Assembly (NCBI GenBank): GCA_043228905.1
Contig: JBHGNT010000005.1
Span: forward strand, 5,084,001-5,148,000
DNA: 64,000 nt
From: Azolla caroliniana
Lineage: Eukaryota > Plantae > Polypodiophyta
Direction: 5' to 3'
Both the position numbers and the translations under genes were made by a program. The notes beneath the pieces are model-generated. The model was not told where the DNA came from. It saw nothing but the letters and a program-made list of their open reading frames with translations, and did not search any database. Each line of letters begins with the position of its first letter. Positions within the stretch are counted from its first letter, which is position 1. This document shows positions 10,598 to 22,928 of this stretch, piece by piece.

Positions 10598-13500
10598 AAC
10601 CTTATCAAAGGTTTCTTTTCAAAAACTCTCAATTTCCAATGCTCCTTGACTGCATCAACTTGTCCACTTAGATTCGTCATAAGCAAGGACCCTTATTTTA
10701 GAGAATGTAGCATATTGCAAGATCCCTGGTTGTATCGTTGCTCTACATATAATGCCATCTTCCTCCACATCATAGTCTTGACATCGTCCGCAAGACAAAT
10801 GTCCCCTTACCCCCACTAACACTTGAAGCCTCGTAAATGCCCCTTCCCACTTGGGAGTATTAAAGGACCATATCGTAGAGGTTGAGTGCCCCAAAACTGA
10901 CCGCACCTGGTCCCACATAATCCGCCCCCTCTTAAGGAAGAAAGTTTTTTTGATCTGTCATTTATATGTAAAGTATGAAAGGTTTTCCATGCATCAACGA
11001 ACGCTCTTGACCCTGCATCGAGCTTGGCCCAATCCAATCTCATACGGGATCCCAACATGTGCCCTGAGGGCAAATGCATATTCGGATTCCACACTAAGTG
11101 TTGTCTCAAGTATTCCTCTTCACATGTTGGTACACCATGTCCCAATCCTTTATGTACATGCTCCCATGCTCTTAGAAGACTATTAAAAAAAAAATCTTCC
11201 CAATTCCTAGTCATAACATGTTTCTTGTCTTGTATAAAGATCTATCTTATGCTATCACTACATAATCCACCCATCGGCAGAGGACAACGATACAATCTTT
11301 GCATGAGCAATTGCTTCCAAGGAGCATGTCCTGGTAAAAGGCCACAAACTATTAACTTTGCTAACAAGGCCATGCATTGGTCTAATGGATCTATAATCCC
11401 CAAACCATTGTATTGCTTCAGGGTTATCAATGTACTCCATGCCACCTTTGCTCTTACATGACTCCTATCCTCCCCTGCCCATATAAAATTCCTAACCAAC
11501 CTTTGAATTTGTCCAATGCACGATTTTGAAAAGATCTAAAATGAAGCTATATACCACACTGTAGACAATAACAGATGATTGACAATTATCACTCTCCCAG
11601 CCAAAGATAGTTTAGCATGGCTCCACAAGAATAACTTTTTCCTCAAAGTTAATAATAATGGTGCGGCATGTAATTCTGGAACCAAATCAATCCCAACCTG
11701 CACTTCAAGATATCGAACCGCAACTCCTCTTTGAGTCCGCAGGAAAGTATGATGCGATGCCCAACAAGGTGGCGGATCCTTGCTCACCCAAAATGCAACA
11801 GTTTTCTCCCAATTTAACTTAGCTCCAGACGCTATACAAAATTGTAACAATGCCCCTTCTACTTGTTGCAAATTTGTTATAGTCCCATCCACATATAATG
11901 CAGTATCATCATCAAATTCTGAGTCCAATATATCTTGTCCATGCATTGGCATCGCCAAACCACGCAAACCTATAGATTGTGATGATATAAATACATGCAT
12001 TGCTTCCGCAAACAAAAGGAACAAAAATGGTGCAAGCGGACACCCTTGACAGACTGACCTAATAATGTTAAACCAAGGCCCTACTCCGCCTGCCAACAAC
12101 ACCTACCAATGTGCATTTTTAAAGACAAGAAACACCCTTAATCCATGCCACGTTGAAGCCCAAGTGATGCATAGTACGTTCCAAAAAAATTCAGTCAACC
12201 CTATCATACGGTTTCTCAAAATCCAAAAGCAACACGACGAGGTTTTGTTTGTTTTTCACCGCTACTGCAGTGGCCTCCCAAAACGTGAAAACATTATCCA
12301 TAATACTCCGTTCCCGCATAAATCCAGTTTGCAATACATGAATTATCTTTGGTAGTACCTCTTGTAATCGACAACTAAGCAACTTAGCAAATATTTTATA
12401 ACTTGTATTCAAGAGGGTGATCGACCTCCATTTACAAATATCTTCTAGAACCCCTTCTGTTTTAGGTATAAGATAAATAAGCCCCTCAAATAACGACATG
12501 GGCATCTCTCCACTTTCGAACATATGTTGTAAGCATCTTCTAAGTCTTTCTTTAGTATCCCCCAATATTTCTTGTAGAATTTAGGTGTAAGTCCATTCAC
12601 TCCAGGACAACTATTGTCCGATAACGAGTGTAGCGCTTGTTCCCATTCCAACTTTGTAATAGGTGACATCAATGAGTCTTGCATTGCTTGAGTAACCTTG
12701 GGCTGAATTTCCGCCCATACCTTCATTCTATTTTGTCTGATATCCTTAGAAATAGGGTCTTTTGACATAAGGGTAACATAAAATTTCGTGGCAATTTCCC
12801 TCACCGCATTTGGGTCTATTTCAAGTTCGCCATTTTCATTCCGCATACAACAGGTTACATTAGAGACTCTTTTGGGGCCTTTAATATTAAAAAATTGGCT
12901 CATACATCTATCCCCAATTTGCGTCCACCTTGAAATTGACTATGACATTCTTCCATATGTTGAACCTGTTTTCGGGCTTCTTCAAGATGCAAAGCCGCCC
13001 ATGCACACTCTGGCCTGCCCTGTTGCAATCTTTGCAAAGATATCAACGTTGCCCTCATCCTTCTTTCCTTCTCCTGATATTCCATATATTTAGATCTTGA
13101 TTTCAACGCAAAATCTTGTGATATCTCCGTCAAAGCAGAAGCCACCTTGATTGTAATGGGAACATCCATATTATCTTTCTTCTGCCAAATATCTCTCACT
13201 TGATTATACTATCGATCGTCTAACATTACTTTTTCAGGTATCCTAAATCGTGTAGACGCCATTTTCGATTGACCAAAGGTTCTCAATATAACATGAGCAT
13301 GATCAAAGAAAGTTGTGCTTGGCATAATCGTGATATTTCCCCCATTTAAGACAAAGGCCTCCCCCACATAAAATCTATCCAATCTTGAAAGATTGGTTCC
13401 ACCAATTCTCTTATCAGAACGTGAGAAGCTCAAGGAATCTTGAGATCTATAAACATTAGGCATATGCCATGCATCCAAAATACTCAATTTCAAACACATC

Positions 13501-14099
13501 CATTCCCAGATTGTTAGTTCCTCTGTTGTTTTTTTCATAGGCTTTGTTGTGTTTGCTTCCTAGCTTGGTGAGAACATAACCTACAACAACTTCGATGGGG
13601 AGTACTTTTCCTCCCATCTTTCGTGTGTCCTGCAATTCCATCCGCCTATTGGCTATCCGACCTTCAAAGTATGTGGCGTTGAAGGTTTTGTGGCGTTGAA
13701 TATATGTTTTCATGAGGAATACACACGCCTCTTGGAATAAAAGATTGGATCTATCTTGGATTTGATACTCTCTTTGTTTATCACCCAAATGATGCTTGGT
13801 TGCTCTATCTAGTTGGCTTTTGCCACCAATTGGGAGACTCAACTTCTTGTTAATTTGTTTCAGGATTAAGGGGGAAATGGTGATTGCTAATTAAATATCT
13901 TAGATCCTTAGATCCTAACTAAAATAAAAGATCTTTTATTGCTTGGATCCTTCATTTCGAACTTGATGATGAGTAGATACATCACTTTCTCGATGGCCAT
14001 GAATTGTTAAAAGTATGGAGATGCCCCATGAGAGTTAGTTCACACATACTATGAGAATCGATGATATGTATGCATTGCATGGTCTATGGATGCCACACC

Positions 14100-14400
14100 C
14101 TAAATTCTTGCTTGATGCCATACAATGGCACTTGAACCTACATATCGTGCATGGATGGAATACGACTTGAATCAAGGTGGTGGTTGCATGAAGACCTCTT
14201 CCTCAATCTTTCCTTGTAGATAGGCATTATTCATTTCCATTTAATAGAGGTATGTCCCCGCGTCTTGGTCAATGCAAGTATGTGTGCACAATTGCCATCT
14301 TCTCCACATGCAAAAAAGTCACATCATCTTAAATTGTTAGCCTTTTGCTATGAGTCGACACTTGTATTGGTCTTGATTGTATGATTGAAGTTGTACTTCA
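14100..14400 (-). pseudogene. Possible degraded Mutator-type transposase C-terminus (SWIM plus zinc-knuckle remnants)
   Basis: Hand translation gives CMWRRWQLCTHTC (SWIM-like CxCxxWQLxGxPC), then QPPP and CTICRFKCH; heavily decayed. Confidence 0.3.
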
Positions 14401-14660
14401 CTTTTTAGACCAATTGAAAAGTGATACCCTTCTTTTGTGGGGAAAATAGGGCAAGGTTCCATATCTTATTGTTGAAAAGAGGTTGCATTTCTTCATCCAT
14501 TCCTTTTGCTCATCGCGGATAGCCACTTTACCAAAAGTGTCTACCTTGGATGGAAACTCATAGTTTATCATAAAGGAATATATTGTTGTGCCATGCATTC
14601 ATTATAGCCAAATCAAGTTACCAAGTTTTTCTCACTAATGGAGAATCAAAGTCCTTTAGC

Positions 14661-16083
14661 ATGACATGTGTGATCATGATAGATAGGCACATTGAACTCA
14701 TTGACAATTGACGAAGTCAAAGCTTGATGAATTGACGCATTACAGGTCCCCTTTGTTGGAGCTCTCATTGCCTTTATTGACTCGAGTTATGGTCATGCCA
14801 CAATGTGACATACCATGATCAAGGTTTGATATCTCATCTAGGCTGCTCAATATGCACAAAGTTGAGGTAATTGCATATTCATGTGGTGTTTGGCTCGACC
14901 TCATTTCAATTTCAACATCAAGGCTAGTGGTGTGACTTGTCCTTGGTACCATAATGGTAATATATTGAACACAATATTGGTATACAGTAACTTTTGGGTT
15001 GAAGCATTGTAGCACTTGGGCCCTTGATCTTAAGCAAAAGGTTGAGGAAGTCATACTTTTTTACTTCTAGTTGAGGTTGGTTCGCACTTCATTTGGTATT
15101 GTGTTGCAATGTGATAAAGTCTTATTTAATGATGAGTCAATCATCTATTGGATATTTGGCATTGGTAATGGAAGAGTAAAGAATTGGTAATTAATGTTTA
15201 TAGGAATCATAGGAAGTTCATAATTTGTTATTTTTTACTCATAGTTCAAACTAATTCTTCTAGAATTTCATAGTCTAGTGTTTTATGCTTCATTGTTCGA
15301 ATGACATCCATTTATGGCTAGACTTTAGATAGAGTGAACTTAAGACACAATGTAACTCATGTCCACCTTATAATAATTAACTTAGGTCACCTAATAAAAC
15401 AACCCAAGTTCTTTGTGATGGTCTTTGCCCCGTCCCATACCTCATATATGATCTCATGAGGATGCTAATAGTATTCTTATCTCTCTTTTAATAAGAATTT
15501 GTCTTCTCTCATATGAAGATATATCCACTAATTCAATAATTCAATTTTCCTCTCATTGTCGTCATCTTGTGAGGAGGTAAAACTCCCACCAAGAGAAAGT
15601 CGTGCCTTTGGTGTAATACATCTAGAAGCAACACAATACAAAAGGAAGCATGAATAAACCTCAACTAGAAATACAAAAGTGTGATTTCCTCAACCTTTTG
15701 TTTAAGATCAAGGGCACAAGTACTACAACACTTCAACCCAAAAGTCATTGTGTGACACAACATTTTGTTCAACAAATTACCATTATGGTACACTTCGATG
15801 TTTGCGCATATTTGTAGGGGTCAAGGACAAGTCACAACGTTGAGTTTGAAAAGGGGTCAAGCCAAACACCACATGACTATGCAAATAGCTACCTTTGAGC
15901 ACAATGAGCGACCTAAATTACATATGAAACCTTGATCATGGTATATCACATTGTGGCATGACCATAACCTAAGTCAATAAAGGCAACACTAAGTGGTCCA
16001 AGTATGAAGATGACAATGTGTCAAGCTTTGACTCCATTGATTGTCAATGAGTTCAATGTGCCTGTCATGATCACACATGACAT
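14661..16083. repeat. Long imperfect inverted repeat: arms 14661-15107 and 15628-16083, spacer ~520 bp
   Basis: For example ggcacattgaactcattgacaat vs attgtcaatgagttcaatgtgcc, and cccttgatcttaagcaaaaggttgaggaa vs ttcctcaaccttttgtttaagatcaaggg; collinear throughout. Confidence 0.9.
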
Positions 16084-16399
16084 CAAAATCACATAATGAA
16101 ATTAAACCATGTATAAGAGCAATGAGCACAAAGATGTATTTGTTTTGCTGCAATGTTTAAGAAAAACTGAGTTAATTTCTTTGTTATGCCATATGAGATC
16201 TACAACAAATGAACCAAAAAAGTTGTCCTATTGTTTGTAACCAATGATGTTACAAAAACCAATCATAAAAAATCCAATAGAAAAAATAAATACATATAGA
16301 CACACAGTTGTGTTGATTTTTTTCCTCATCAAACTAACCCTTTAAGAGCTAGATTGATATTTGATCATCATCAAATAACACTTTTAACCCCTTCGCTTG

Positions 16400-17245
16400 C
16401 TATGTGATGATCTCTCTTAAGAGCCAACTCAAACTGGGAAAAGCAAAGTATACAACCAAGAAAGAAGGGAACGCAAAGAATAGGGTAGCACCAAAATATA
16501 CCACCAATATGATCAAGCTAAATGGCAAGACACAAAACAAGAGGAAAAGAACAATCAAGAGTGATATGACTTTCGCCATCAACTGTGCACAAAATCGCAC
16601 AATCCTCGTCAACAATCCTCGAAAAAAGAACACACGAGTGTGAGATTGTGGTAGTATCGGTAAAATTAACGATGATGACAATGAGGCGGAGGAGAACCCA
16701 TTATAGAATGGAACTTGTTGGGAAACCCCACTATAATTTTGTTGATGTAGATGTTGAGCACTCACTGCCTTGTCATCTTCTTTCCCACTCTTTCTTGTCA
16801 ATATGTCTGCTTTCAAACTATTCTCTTTCGCATTGTCTGATTTCATACTCTCAACTAACCATAGCAAGAAGAAATTTTTGCATGGGTACTTGAGCTTTCC
16901 TTTCCACATTAATCGACAAGACAAGGACTGGCACCATGGGCATGCGATGAAGAGTGGAAGTTGGACTGGTGTGATAGGGAGCCGCAAGGTAGCCCAATGA
17001 AGGTCTAGAAGGCATCGCTTGCAAATAGAATGGCCACACCATAGGACATATGGGAGATGGTTGATACTGTTGAATCCTTCACAACATAAAGGGCATTCTA
17101 ACCCATCTTCCTCAATACCACAGTTTGAATATGCCTGTCCACCACCATCACCATCGCTATCACTATCACTACTGATGCCAAGGTGTTGAGTTGATGTGAT
17201 AACGTTTTTAGCGTTATCATGTCCAATGCCTGCCATTATAGACAT
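16400..17245 (-). CDS. RING-type E3 ubiquitin ligase with C-terminal transmembrane segments (At3g29270/At1g69330-like family)
   Basis: LECPLCCEGFN...PYVLWCGHSICKRC...CPWC...KNFFLLWLVE; hydrophobic C-terminus; uninterrupted 281-aa ORF. Confidence 0.9.
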   Translation of the reverse strand: MSIMAGIGHDNAKNVITSTQHLGISSDSDSDGDGGGQAYSNCGIEEDGLECPLCCEGFNSINHLPYVLWCGHSICKRCLLDLHWATLRLPITPVQLPLFIACPWCQSLSCRLMWKGKLKYPCKNFFLLWLVESMKSDNAKENSLKADILTRKSGKEDDKAVSAQHLHQQNYSGVSQQVPFYNGFSSASLSSSLILPILPQSHTRVFFFRGLLTRIVRFCAQLMAKVISLLIVLFLLFCVLPFSLIILVVYFGATLFFAFPSFLVVYFAFPSLSWLLREIIT

Positions 17246-17281
17246 GTCCCTAGTCTCTTGCTAGCTAGTTTGTGACCTAAA

Positions 17282-19605
17282 CTGGTTAAAATCAAAGCAA
17301 AGAAATAAAAAAGCTAGTTAATTTTGTAAGAGGTGGTATTAGCTTATTTGCAAAAGCTATGAGGCATAATATTTAGGCAATCATGAGCTAGGTAGCAAGC
17401 ATTATGGGGGTATTTCAGAAAACATTATGTAGATTATTAAACAATCAGGAACCAGTTTAAGCAAGCAAGCGTGAAACTAGTTAAGATGTGTGGTAGATAT
17501 ATTTTCAGCCTAGTTGAAAATCTCTTAAGTAGGTTATTATACAATCATGAATTAAGTTAAGCACATTCCTCTATTTAACACATCTACTTTGTACTTAAAT
17601 GAGTTTTGTCGATAGATAGCCGCAGATCCTCACATTTCAAAACTGTAGTACATTCTTAGAATATCATGATCATACCAGGGAGGGACGGATGGTCATGTGA
17701 AGAAAGCTCAAGAACAACCTAGCGATAGAGAGTGAACTCAGAAATTGCGAGACAACTTGGGTTGGTGCATGAGCTCAAAATTGAACACCATTATGTGAGG
17801 CACGTGGACCAGATAACGTGCAGATGTTGAAACTTAGCATGGGACTTAATGCAACCAATCTCACAGCACAGCTTAGTGAAACACAATGAGCTGATCTCCA
17901 GCACTTTCTCAGCAATGTGGAGCGAGAGGAAAGTAATGCACTACCTCCTCAGCAATGTGCTTGGTGGAGGCAATGAGGTCCCACTGATCACCAGAAAACA
18001 CAACTCTGGAGGACACATGGGACCTCCTACAAGAAGAACAATTGGCTCTAATACAAGCAATTACAGGATATTTGACACCATCTTCACAGCACGGCATAGT
18101 GAAGCAAAACGGACTCATCTCCAACATCTTCTCATCAATGTGGAGCAAGAGGAAAGTAATGCACCATCTCCTCAGCAACATGTAAGGCGAAGGCAATGAG
18201 GTCACGTTGAACGCCAAACAACACTATTCTAGGACATATGAGACCTCCGACAAGAAAAACCATTGGCTCTAATACAGGTTATTGCAAAATATTTGGAACC
18301 TCTGGTCAGAAAATTATTGGCAGTAATACACAACTATGGAAGACATATGAATCATTCTAGAAGGAGACTAACCTCCCTACCTTTTCCACATGATTACTGT
18401 AATTTTATACTAGTGATGATGATGTTGGAAATGCAATCTCCTAATACTTTGTTCATGGAATTCATTATACAGGCACCAAATTTGTAGCCTCTTGTGGTGA
18501 AGTTCACATTCTCACCTGACCGAATCAACCAAGAACCTATTAATTATTCTATGGAACAATAAAGAATGCACAAAATTCAACATAGAAAATTGAAGGAAGA
18601 TAAGTGGAAACAATCAAAAAGGCAATATGCCAAATCACATTCATTATAAGGGCAAAACCCAAAGCAAATATACACCACTATGAGGCATTGGTGCTCCATA
18701 TCAAGAATCTGCATACTCTATAATACAATACAAATGCATAAAGGAACATTTGGAGACACTGTAGTATGTTAGGCCTCTTTGAAGACGTTCAAGTATTATT
18801 TCATAAACAATGATTATCTATGAAATGAGTTTCAAAAGCTTTTAAGAAGACTTGTTTCATAGATGACAATGAACTATGAGTCAATCTCAAACCATGACAG
18901 TCAATTTCAAAAGTTCTTAAATAGATTAAGTTATAGATGGTCATGACCTATGAATCACCCACAGTATCTGTAGATCAATCAAACAAGGAGGGGGTTTGCT
19001 ATATGATCGTTGTATTTCTTTGAATGTGAACATATGTATATATTCAGTCAAACTAATGTATAAGGAGAATCTACAGAAAACTAGTGATTAACGTAGGAAA
19101 AAAATATACAGAGTATGGGACAAATCTACAGACTATTTACAACTAAAAAACACAAATAATACGTGATTAGTACTCAATGTTATAGAGAATATGTGATGAC
19201 GAGAGGTAAATATACATACCACATGCAATAAACGAGTATGTGGTCACATGAAGCAATTATAGAAACTATACAATTAAAAAAAACATAGACATTATGTGGC
19301 AACAATGAACATGAGGCGACGAACATCGACATATCAAAATCAAAGGACCTAATAAATATCAAGTAGCTTGTATTACCAAAAACATCAGAAAAGCAAGTAG
19401 GTGACTTAATGAATCCTTTAATCCAATACAAAAAGAAAATCAAATAAGATATTAGAAAACAAAATGACATCTAAGCCATATATATCATGAAAAAAAGAGA
19501 GTTTTGTTTTTGCTTTATTTCTCCTTTTATTATCTAAGTGAAGGGTCTACCTCCTTCTGTTAATTAAAATAAGAAAACAGAGGAAATGAAAGAAGGAATT
19601 GGTAC
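17282..19605 (-). other. Probable 5'UTR intron of the RING gene
   Basis: Acceptor ttttaaccAG 36 nt upstream of the ATG; candidate donor AAG|GTACC at 19606/19605 followed by a U-rich tract; no transcript evidence. Confidence 0.4.
17861..18300. repeat. Diverged ~223-bp tandem duplication
   Basis: tcacagcac...aatgtggagc.agaggaaagtaatgcac...aggcaatgaggtc...ttggctctaataca occurs at 17861 and 18084. Confidence 0.85.
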
Positions 19606-19720
19606 CTTTAATATGTGAGAAGTAAAACCATATCGACACAGATCTGTTCTGCTCTGTTCTGCTCTGTTCTGCTCTGCTCTGTAGTTTTCTTGTCTACGGT
19701 GATTCAAAAGAAACAAAAAA

Positions 19721-19739
19721 GGCCCACGAAAAATGGGCT
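19721..19739. promoter_or_regulatory. Two inverted site II motifs (GGCCCA / TGGGCT), candidate RING gene promoter
   Basis: Motif pair just upstream of the putative 5'UTR exon. Confidence 0.35.
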
Positions 19740-22700
19740 CGAGAAACGAACTCTAACCCAACCAACCTTCATACCTTTTATTCTCTTTTTGTTTTTGTAA
19801 AATTTTGTTGTTATCGGTTTGCCATTGCTAGTTTAGGTTTCGTGGGTTCGGCCTCGCCTCCTTCGCCGGGGCACCCATCTAATTCATCGAGCTCAACAAC
19901 TCTTGAAATAAAGTCATATAGACAAACAAAGAAATTGAGTGGTAGGATCGAGAACTTTGACCTCATTTGTTTGGCATCATTGTTCAATGGAATAGATAGA
20001 TAGGGAGGGCACAAAGCATGATACTACTAAGTGTCGAGATTGAATTTCTCTAGAAAAAAAGTTTGGAAGTGAAGAAAAGGACAATGAAAGGAGCGATGCA
20101 AGAAAGGAAATGGGGGAAGCTAAGACGGAAGATATGGAAGAAATTTTCGAACAACCAAGCAGATTGGCTAATTATGAGAATTTGGGGTGGATGCACTTGA
20201 ACATGATTAAACTAATGACATTCTACGCAATTTGGCTATGAATGAGAATTTTGGGCTGCATGCTAGATATAGTGTGCATGGAAATGGTTGTGAAGTACAT
20301 GCTTAAATTTTGTAACAAAAATTTACATGGAGTTCCTAGAATTGCATAGAAAGCAAGTAAAAACACTCAAAAAACATACAAGAGCTAATATCTGGAACCA
20401 ATAGAAAAGGAAAAGTTAGAAGGGGAATTCATCGCAAAAGGGCCCTTGAAAACATGGTAGGATTCAACAAAGTGTGGAAAATGTGGAGTTATTTAGAAAA
20501 ATACCCAAATATGAGACAATGGATTCATCAAGGGATGTTGCTCCAAACATACTACGATGAGACATTGTAGTTAATAAAAGTTAGATGGAGGAAATGTTCT
20601 CAACCATTCTCACACACAAGAACTAGTGTCATTGTCAAATGTAGATGATCATATTTGAGGTGGCGGACAAAGAAATTCATTGTAAAGAAACTCTTCCTTG
20701 CCAATTTCCCATATGAGGTGACAAAAAGTGCCTTTGAATGTGACGATTATCCATCCTTATGGGAGCACCATTTGTCACCACCTAGGCCACACTTGAAACA
20801 TTGAGGCCACACACCATAATTCTTGTTGGTCTATCAACCTTACGATGGGGCACTACATGTTTGAGTGTGATTTATTAGGTATACTCAAACCTTTACCATG
20901 GCACCATTGATGAATGCTGTAAAGAAATGAACCCACACTAATTATTCCTCACACATCTAAGTGCACTAATATTAGTCGGTTCACAAAATATTCCACATGC
21001 ACATTTTTGACCTTTTAGTTTCCTTTCAATCTACTTAAAGGATATAATATTTGGTTCTCAATAACACCGTCGTTTTGGTTTTCAAGAAATGTCCTAGATG
21101 CAAATTTATTACCACTTACAACCATGAGGTTCCCCGATAGGATCGTGAACAAGCTCACATTGAATGATATTTGGCATTTGATCTTGTCCATTCAACCTAG
21201 TGGCAACATAATTTTTGTAGTTTGTGTATCCAGTAGACTTCATCCAACATTAACCACTTCCCATCTAGAAAAATGTGTCTTTTGGTTATGCTAACTAACT
21301 CACAAAGATGGGAATATCTTTGTAGCACAATATCAAGTTGTTGGATCTCATACTTTGTGAACTACCCTTTGCATGATGTCACATGGATTTATGGATCCAA
21401 GTCAAGCATCCATGCGTGCGATACCACTAGGAGAACATATCCTACTATTGTACAAAGGATTTCCATTTTTTATAGATCTCTCCATTGTCTCTAATAGGAT
21501 GTTTATTTATTTTACCCTTATCCTTTTTTATGGTTATACCACCCAACCGTTTGTATTAGGACATGCTTCATTTGTGGGTGTTCTCTTATGCTCTTATCCT
21601 TTGCTTCGAGTTTGCATTAGGCCTTTCCCGCATGTTCTTGCACATCATATGGTTTACCACCTTGTGTAGCAACCATCAACTTGTAATATATCTCCTCTCC
21701 AAGGAGTGATTTGCATACATCTATGCATGCGAGTGGACATTACAACATGCATGAGTTGAGTATTGTACAAAGGATTTTACACTTATAGTATGCAATTGAG
21801 ATTGAACATTCTGATTGTGGGATAAGTGCATGTAGGGATTAAATCTAAGTTGAAAATAGGTCATTGAACTTTAATGTGATTGATAGAGAATATATTAGTA
21901 GAGTGTCATATTTAGACCAATGAATTTGTTAAGAGAAAAATATTCATAATCAATGATATTGGACTTAGGCAACCTAATGTTTGAGATTATGCACCTTGAC
22001 CATGGAAAATAGGATAATGGCAAGGAAGATGCAATGAGATGAATAGATTCAATCCACAATGTCAAAGATGGGAATTCCACTATCCACGATGACAAGGACA
22101 AACCCATGTAGAAAGGTTCTCTATCTCATTCTACAATATGACAAACCCCAAAAAGGATAAGCTCTCTCTAGGTCCTAAGTTCCTCGTATTATGTATATAT
22201 TACTTTTGTCTTGGAGAAATCACACTAGGATGATCCATTTGGCCCTTTCCTCTAGTGCATCACATATACATCTCCCTCCCACCAAAGACCAACACACATC
22301 TTGCAATCTATAAAATTCGAAGCATATGCACATATGCATGTGTTTATGGTGTCCCACAATGGTTATGAGATTGTGTGTGTGTCTCTCTCTCTCAACTAGG
22401 CAAATGCCCTTGCTTTTATAGAGGTGGGCTATGGAGTGGGATCATGTTTGCATAACCCACTTTGTTTGGCTATACTTTTGTTAAAATCTATTCAACCCTT
22501 TTAAATTGCACATTCATATTACCTACTAGGCTACTAGTATATTTTCTATTTTATGAGTTTTGACTATGACCTTTGTCTTTCATCATTTTGCTAAATATGC
22601 CCCTCTATATTTCTAGGTGGTTGGTTACATACTTGACTATTGTTTGTTACCATGGCCCCCCAAATGACCAAAAATTACCAAACCATACACTTGTAGATAT

Positions 22701-22928
22701 TGGAAAAGTTGCCATAAAAAGGAATGCATCAATAAACATGTTTGATTCTTGGAGGTCTAACCACGACTTTATAAATATAAAAAAATATTACAAGATAAAG
22801 CGTATTCCATCAACACTCCTTGATGACTATATATTCCTAACTTCCTATATTATGATGATCCATTGAACAAGCACACCTTATATGGTTGATCCTATTCGAA
22901 TTTGTACTATTATAATATTTAAATTAAT

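Larger units (their letters stand above)
2740..13860 (-). mobile_element. Degenerate 5'-truncated L1-type LINE ORF2 (endonuclease-RT-zf-RVT), in three pieces: ~13860-10598, 9548-9385, 3463-~2740
   Basis: SRLDRFY...DH (APE endonuclease); CPGVNGL, WRSITLLNTSYKIFAK, QTGF, LDFEKPYDRV, QGCPLAP, EFDDDT (RT); QWLVIHRAL...CIYC...ETLKH (zf-RVT). The frame rejoins across the insert TSDs; outer boundaries approximate. Confidence 0.85.

Noticed and set aside
20000-22900. AT-rich region with hints of old retroelement or LTR sequence
   Set aside because: I could not establish motifs, termini or a TSD by eye
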